The notes beneath the pieces were generated by a model. That model saw only the letters and a program-made list of their open reading frames with translations. It was not told the origin of the DNA and made no database searches. Position numbers and translations under genes: made by a program. From Actinobacteria bacterium 13_2_20CM_68_14 (lineage in GTDB: Bacteria > Actinomycetota > Thermoleophilia > Gaiellales > Gaiellaceae): a stretch of 36,065 bases of DNA. The DNA lies in NCBI GenBank assembly GCA_001914705.1, contig MNDB01000071.1, positions 1-36,065 of the forward strand, read 5' to 3'. Positions 32,653-36,065 of this stretch are shown here, piece after piece; within the stretch, counting starts at the first letter, position 1, and every line of letters starts with the position of its first letter.

Positions 32653-33141
32653 ATGGCCTCGACGATCGATCCGCGCGTCGACATCGGGCACGTCCATCTG
32701 AAGGTCTCGGACATCGACCGGGCGCTCGGCTTTTACCGCGACGTGCTCGGGTTCGACCTCATCCTGCGCCACGGCGACGAGGCGGCGTTCCTCAGTGCCG
32801 GCGGCTATCACCATCACATCGGCCTCAACACCTGGGAGAGCCGCGGCGGCTCCCCGCCGCCACCGGGGACGACCGGGCTCTACCACGTCGCGATCCGCTA
32901 TCCGGATCGAGCGACGCTGGGCGACGCGCTCCGCCGCCTCAGGGATGCGGGCATGCCGGTCAGCGGCGCAACCGATCACGGCGTCAGCGAGGCGATCTAC
33001 CTGCGCGACCCGGACGGAAATGGGATCGAGCTCTACCGCGATCGCCCACGTGAGGAGTGGCCGCGTGCCGACGACGGGGAGGTCACGATGTACAACGCGC
33101 CCCTTGACCTCGAGGCGCTGCTCGCGGAGGCCAGCTCCTAG
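32653..33141 (+). CDS. VOC (glyoxalase/bleomycin-resistance/extradiol dioxygenase) family protein
   Basis: The 162-aa ORF has IGHVHLKVSDIDRALGFYRDVLGF, YHHHIGLN, YHVAIRY and SEAIYLRDPDGNGIELY. Confidence 0.85.
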   Translation: MASTIDPRVDIGHVHLKVSDIDRALGFYRDVLGFDLILRHGDEAAFLSAGGYHHHIGLNTWESRGGSPPPPGTTGLYHVAIRYPDRATLGDALRRLRDAGMPVSGATDHGVSEAIYLRDPDGNGIELYRDRPREEWPRADDGEVTMYNAPLDLEALLAEASS

Positions 33142-33145
33142 TTTC

Positions 33146-33652
33146 TTAGGTTCCCGGCGAGACGGTCCGCTGCGTCTGCGGTTCGCTGACCTGGGTGTCC
33201 TGGACGACGGTGCGCCGAGAGAAAAGGCCGAGCGCGTAGCCGGCGAAGTAGAGGATCAAGCCGCCCGCGCCATAGAAATGCCCGATCCAGCGGAGAGCTT
33301 GCATGCCCTGGGAGCCGTAGGGCTGGATCGTCCCGCTCGACCAGAGCGGGTAGAGGATTGGGCAGACGATGAGCCACGCGCCCGCTGCGAAGGCGAGCAG
33401 CGCTCCGAGGGCGCCGCCGCCGCGTGACGGCGTCATCAGCATCAGCCCGCCGACGACTGCGACGATTCCCGGGATCAGCTGTGTCTCCCACTGCTTCGCG
33501 GAGAACTGCCAGGTCGCGTCGTTGAAGAAGCCGAAGTTGAAGAGCGGCCCGACGAGCGCTGCGGCAATCACCCAGCCGCCGAGCAGAGCGATCAGGAAGC
33601 CGAAGGGAATTGTCTTGGGCGTCCAGGTGGTGGTTGATCTTCGGAAGGCCAC
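33146..33652 (-). CDS. Integral membrane protein (about 4 TM helices), function unknown
   Basis: The 168-aa ORF has four long hydrophobic segments (FGFLIALLGGWVIAAALVG, IPGIVAVVGGLMLM, ALGALLAFAAGAWLIVCPIL, FYGAGGLILYFAGYALGLF). The start is a GTG. Confidence 0.6.
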   Translation of the reverse strand: MAFRRSTTTWTPKTIPFGFLIALLGGWVIAAALVGPLFNFGFFNDATWQFSAKQWETQLIPGIVAVVGGLMLMTPSRGGGALGALLAFAAGAWLIVCPILYPLWSSGTIQPYGSQGMQALRWIGHFYGAGGLILYFAGYALGLFSRRTVVQDTQVSEPQTQRTVSPGT

Positions 33653-33702
33653 GAGTCGGTTATGCGCGGTTTGGGCAAATCGAAACGGTGTAGCGTTGAC
33701 GC

Positions 33703-33936
33703 ATGCCGCGTGGGTATATGGAGGGGCCTGCCGCCGAAGAGGCCGAGCGGAGGCTCGAAGAGCTCGAACGCGGGCCGACCGCCGATGAACCCGAGCAGCG
33801 CCTCGCGGTTTTCGGCTCTACGGACGATGATTCCGAACCGCATTTCCTAGGCTGGCGAGACGAGGTCGACCCGGACGAGCTGTTCGAGAGCGGACGCGCC
33901 TGGGGCCTGAAGGTCATGCGCCGCAGCGCCGCCTAG
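33703..33936 (+). CDS. Small acidic hypothetical protein (77 aa)
   Basis: It is an ORF only, with plausible composition and divergent from the membrane protein gene. No motif was recognised. Confidence 0.35.
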   Translation: MPRGYMEGPAAEEAERRLEELERGPTADEPEQRLAVFGSTDDDSEPHFLGWRDEVDPDELFESGRAWGLKVMRRSAA

Positions 33937-34090
33937 TCGCGATCGGCCTGAGCGTCGGCTGAGCATCCCGATCTGGCCAGCCCCCATGGGGGGTGCAAAA
34001 AGCGCCCCTACCGGAACGCTAACGAGGATCTCGTACCGTGTCTGTCACGCGTCTGCGCCGAAATCGTGACAACGCGCTATACCTACGGCG

Positions 34091-35935
34091 ATGGCCAAGC
34101 AGGCCAAACCGGTCGAGCAGGTCGACAGCGTCATCGTCCGCTTTGCGGGCGACTCCGGCGACGGCATGCAGTTGACCGGCGGGCGCTTTACGAGCGAGAC
34201 CGCCGTGCTTGGGAACGACCTCTCGACCCTCCCCGATTTCCCGGCGGAGATCCGGGCACCGGCCGGCTCGCTGCCGGGCGTCTCCGGCTTCCAGGTTCAC
34301 TTCGCCGACCACGACATCCTGACCCCGGGCGACGCACCAAACGTGTTGGTGGCGATGAACCCCGCGGCGCTGAAGACGAACCTGCGCGACCTGCCGCGCG
34401 GCGCGACGCTGATCGTCGACCAGGACACGTTCACGGAACGCAATCTCGCCAAGGCGGGCTACGACACGAACCCGCTCGAGGATGGGTCGCTCGACGGCTA
34501 CGACGTCCATACCGTGCCGCTGACGACGATGACGCTCGAGGCGACGAAGGAGGTCGAGGGCGTCACGAAGCGCGAGGCCGAGCGCGCCAAGAACATGTTC
34601 GCGCTCGGGCTGATGTCGTGGCTCTACCACCGCCCGACCGAGCACACGGTCACCTTCCTCGAGCGCAAGTTCGCCAAGCGGCCCGAGATCGCCGAGACGA
34701 ACAAGCGAGCCTTCCAGGCGGGCTACGCGTTCGGAGAGACGACCGAGGACTTCGCCGTCTCCTACGAGGTCAAGCCCGCGAAGCTCCGGCCCGGCACCTA
34801 CCGGAACATCACCGGCAACCAGGCGCTCGCCTACGGGCTGATCGCCGCCAGCGTCAAGTCCGGGCTGCCGCTCTTCCTCGGCGCGTACCCGATCACGCCC
34901 GCCAGCTCGATCCTCGAAGAGCTCGCCAGGCACAAGAATTTCGGCGTCCGCACCTTCCAGGCCGAGGACGAGATCGCGGCCGTCGGCGCATCGCTCGGCG
35001 CCAGCTTCGGCGGCTCCCTGGGGGTCTCGACCTCCGCCGGGCCCGGCGTCGTGCTCAAGAGCGAGACGGTCGGCCTCGCGGTAGCGCTCGAGCTGCCGTT
35101 GCTGATCCTCGACATCCAGCGCGCAGGCCCGTCGACGGGGATGCCGACGAAGCCCGAGCAGGCCGACCTGCTGATGGTCCTCTTTGGCCGCAATTCCGAG
35201 TCGCCGGTGCCGGTGATCGCCGCTTCGACGCCGGCACAGTGCTTCGAGGCCGCGATCGAGGCGGCGCGAATCGCGCTCAAGTACAGGACGCCCGTCTACC
35301 TGCTCTCCGACGCCTATCTCGCCAACGGCTCCGAGCCGTGGCTGCTTCCGGACGTGAATGCGATCGCCGAGATCGACGCGGGCTTCACCACCGAGGCGCC
35401 CGCGGAGGGCGAATTCCTGCCCTACGTCCGCGACGACGAGACGCTCGCCCGGCTGTGGGCGATCCCCGGCACGCCCGGGCTCGAGCATCGGATCGGCGGC
35501 CTCGAGAAGCAGGACCTGACCGGCAACGTCTCTTACGACCCCGAAAACCACGACCTGATGACCCGACTGCGCGCGGAGAAGATCGCCGGCATCGCCTCCG
35601 ACATCCCTGAGCTGGGGGTCGACGACCCAGACGGCGCCGACCTGCTCGTCCTTTCCTGGGGCGGCACCTACGGGCCGGTCGCCGCCGGCGTCCGCCGCGC
35701 GCGGGGCGACGGCAAGGTCGCGCACGCCCATCTGCACTACCTGAACCCGTTCCCCCGCAACACGGGCGAGGTCGTCGGCGCCTACGAGAAGCTCCTCATC
35801 CCGGAGCTCAACCTCGGCCAGCTGCGCAAGCTGATCCGCGCCGAGTTCCTCGTCGACGCGGCCGGGTTCAACCTCGTCCGCGGCCTGCCGTTTCGGGCCA
35901 GCGAGGTACAAGAGGCAATCGAGGCGATGCTCTGA
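34091..35935 (+). CDS. korA: 2-oxoglutarate:ferredoxin oxidoreductase, alpha subunit (fused gamma/alpha domains)
   Basis: The 614-aa ORF reads VIVRFAGDSGDGMQLTG..FPAEIRAP.G (gamma-like domain), then GNQALAYGLIAA...YPITPASSILEEL...FQAEDEIAAVGASLGASFGG....TSAGPG (pyruvate:flavodoxin/ferredoxin oxidoreductase core domain). Confidence 0.88.
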   Translation: MAKQAKPVEQVDSVIVRFAGDSGDGMQLTGGRFTSETAVLGNDLSTLPDFPAEIRAPAGSLPGVSGFQVHFADHDILTPGDAPNVLVAMNPAALKTNLRDLPRGATLIVDQDTFTERNLAKAGYDTNPLEDGSLDGYDVHTVPLTTMTLEATKEVEGVTKREAERAKNMFALGLMSWLYHRPTEHTVTFLERKFAKRPEIAETNKRAFQAGYAFGETTEDFAVSYEVKPAKLRPGTYRNITGNQALAYGLIAASVKSGLPLFLGAYPITPASSILEELARHKNFGVRTFQAEDEIAAVGASLGASFGGSLGVSTSAGPGVVLKSETVGLAVALELPLLILDIQRAGPSTGMPTKPEQADLLMVLFGRNSESPVPVIAASTPAQCFEAAIEAARIALKYRTPVYLLSDAYLANGSEPWLLPDVNAIAEIDAGFTTEAPAEGEFLPYVRDDETLARLWAIPGTPGLEHRIGGLEKQDLTGNVSYDPENHDLMTRLRAEKIAGIASDIPELGVDDPDGADLLVLSWGGTYGPVAAGVRRARGDGKVAHAHLHYLNPFPRNTGEVVGAYEKLLIPELNLGQLRKLIRAEFLVDAAGFNLVRGLPFRASEVQEAIEAML

Positions 35936-36065
35936 GCGAGTCGGAACCCATTTGGCCGCTCGGAAGCCGCTGGTCGGTCCTGACCGTGCTCGCCCTCCTC
36001 GGCACCGTGGTCTCGCTGATCGGCAGGATGTGGCTCGAAGCAGCTGTCTTCTTGGCCGCCGCGGT

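Noticed and set aside
34019-35911. 630-aa minus ORF and 514-aa plus ORF (34066..35610) overlapping korA
   Set aside because: They are alternative-frame or antisense artefacts with Arg/Gly/Asp-rich composition. The korA frame carries all recognisable OFOR motifs.
35935-36065. Hydrophobic open frame after korA (SESEPIWPLGSRWSVLTVLALLGTVVSLIGRMWLEAAVFLAAA) running off the window
   Set aside because: It looks like a TM segment, but I found no ATG, GTG or TTG start with an RBS. It is too short and truncated to call. The expected korB N-terminus was not recognisable in any frame.

Overview
This is a high-GC (about 70%) Actinomycetota-like chromosomal segment. It is densely coding and mostly housekeeping: nadE (partial), an SDR, ftsH, an Acs-family ligase, a DHA2 MFS pump, a rhodanese, selD, a NadM-like nucleotidyltransferase, an ApgM-like mutase, a SAM methyltransferase, ctaA, a PAC2 protein, dipZ, a large SF2 helicase, fadB plus a disrupted fadA, an ArsR regulator, pgl, proC, an AlkA-like glycosylase, a VOC enzyme and korA. 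All functions were called by reading motifs in the translations. No database search was possible.

The most interesting locus is 7.9-9.9 kb. It holds an XRE-HTH + TPR regulator of 455 aa. A strong-RBS 68-aa ORF follows 19 nt downstream and encodes a Sec-signal pro-peptide ending in five tandem hexapeptide repeats, S(M/A)FDGG. This is the receptor/pro-peptide layout of RRNPP-type peptide quorum sensing, so far characterised mainly in Firmicutes and their phages. A divergent, roughly 180-nt candidate sRNA sits upstream, framed by a consensus TTGACG-N17-TATAGT promoter and an intrinsic terminator.

Other points:
- A roughly 70-110 bp two-hairpin interspersed repeat family has at least 6 copies in the window. 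Its second hairpin shows compensatory changes and G-U wobbles that favour an RNA-level structure.
- fadA carries an internal deletion plus a frameshift.
- selD is translationally coupled to a NadM-like HxGH nucleotidyltransferase.
- A second, orphan XRE-TPR paralog is present.
- Several AT-rich palindromic operator candidates occur.

No rRNA, tRNA, CRISPR array, transposase or integrase was recognised.
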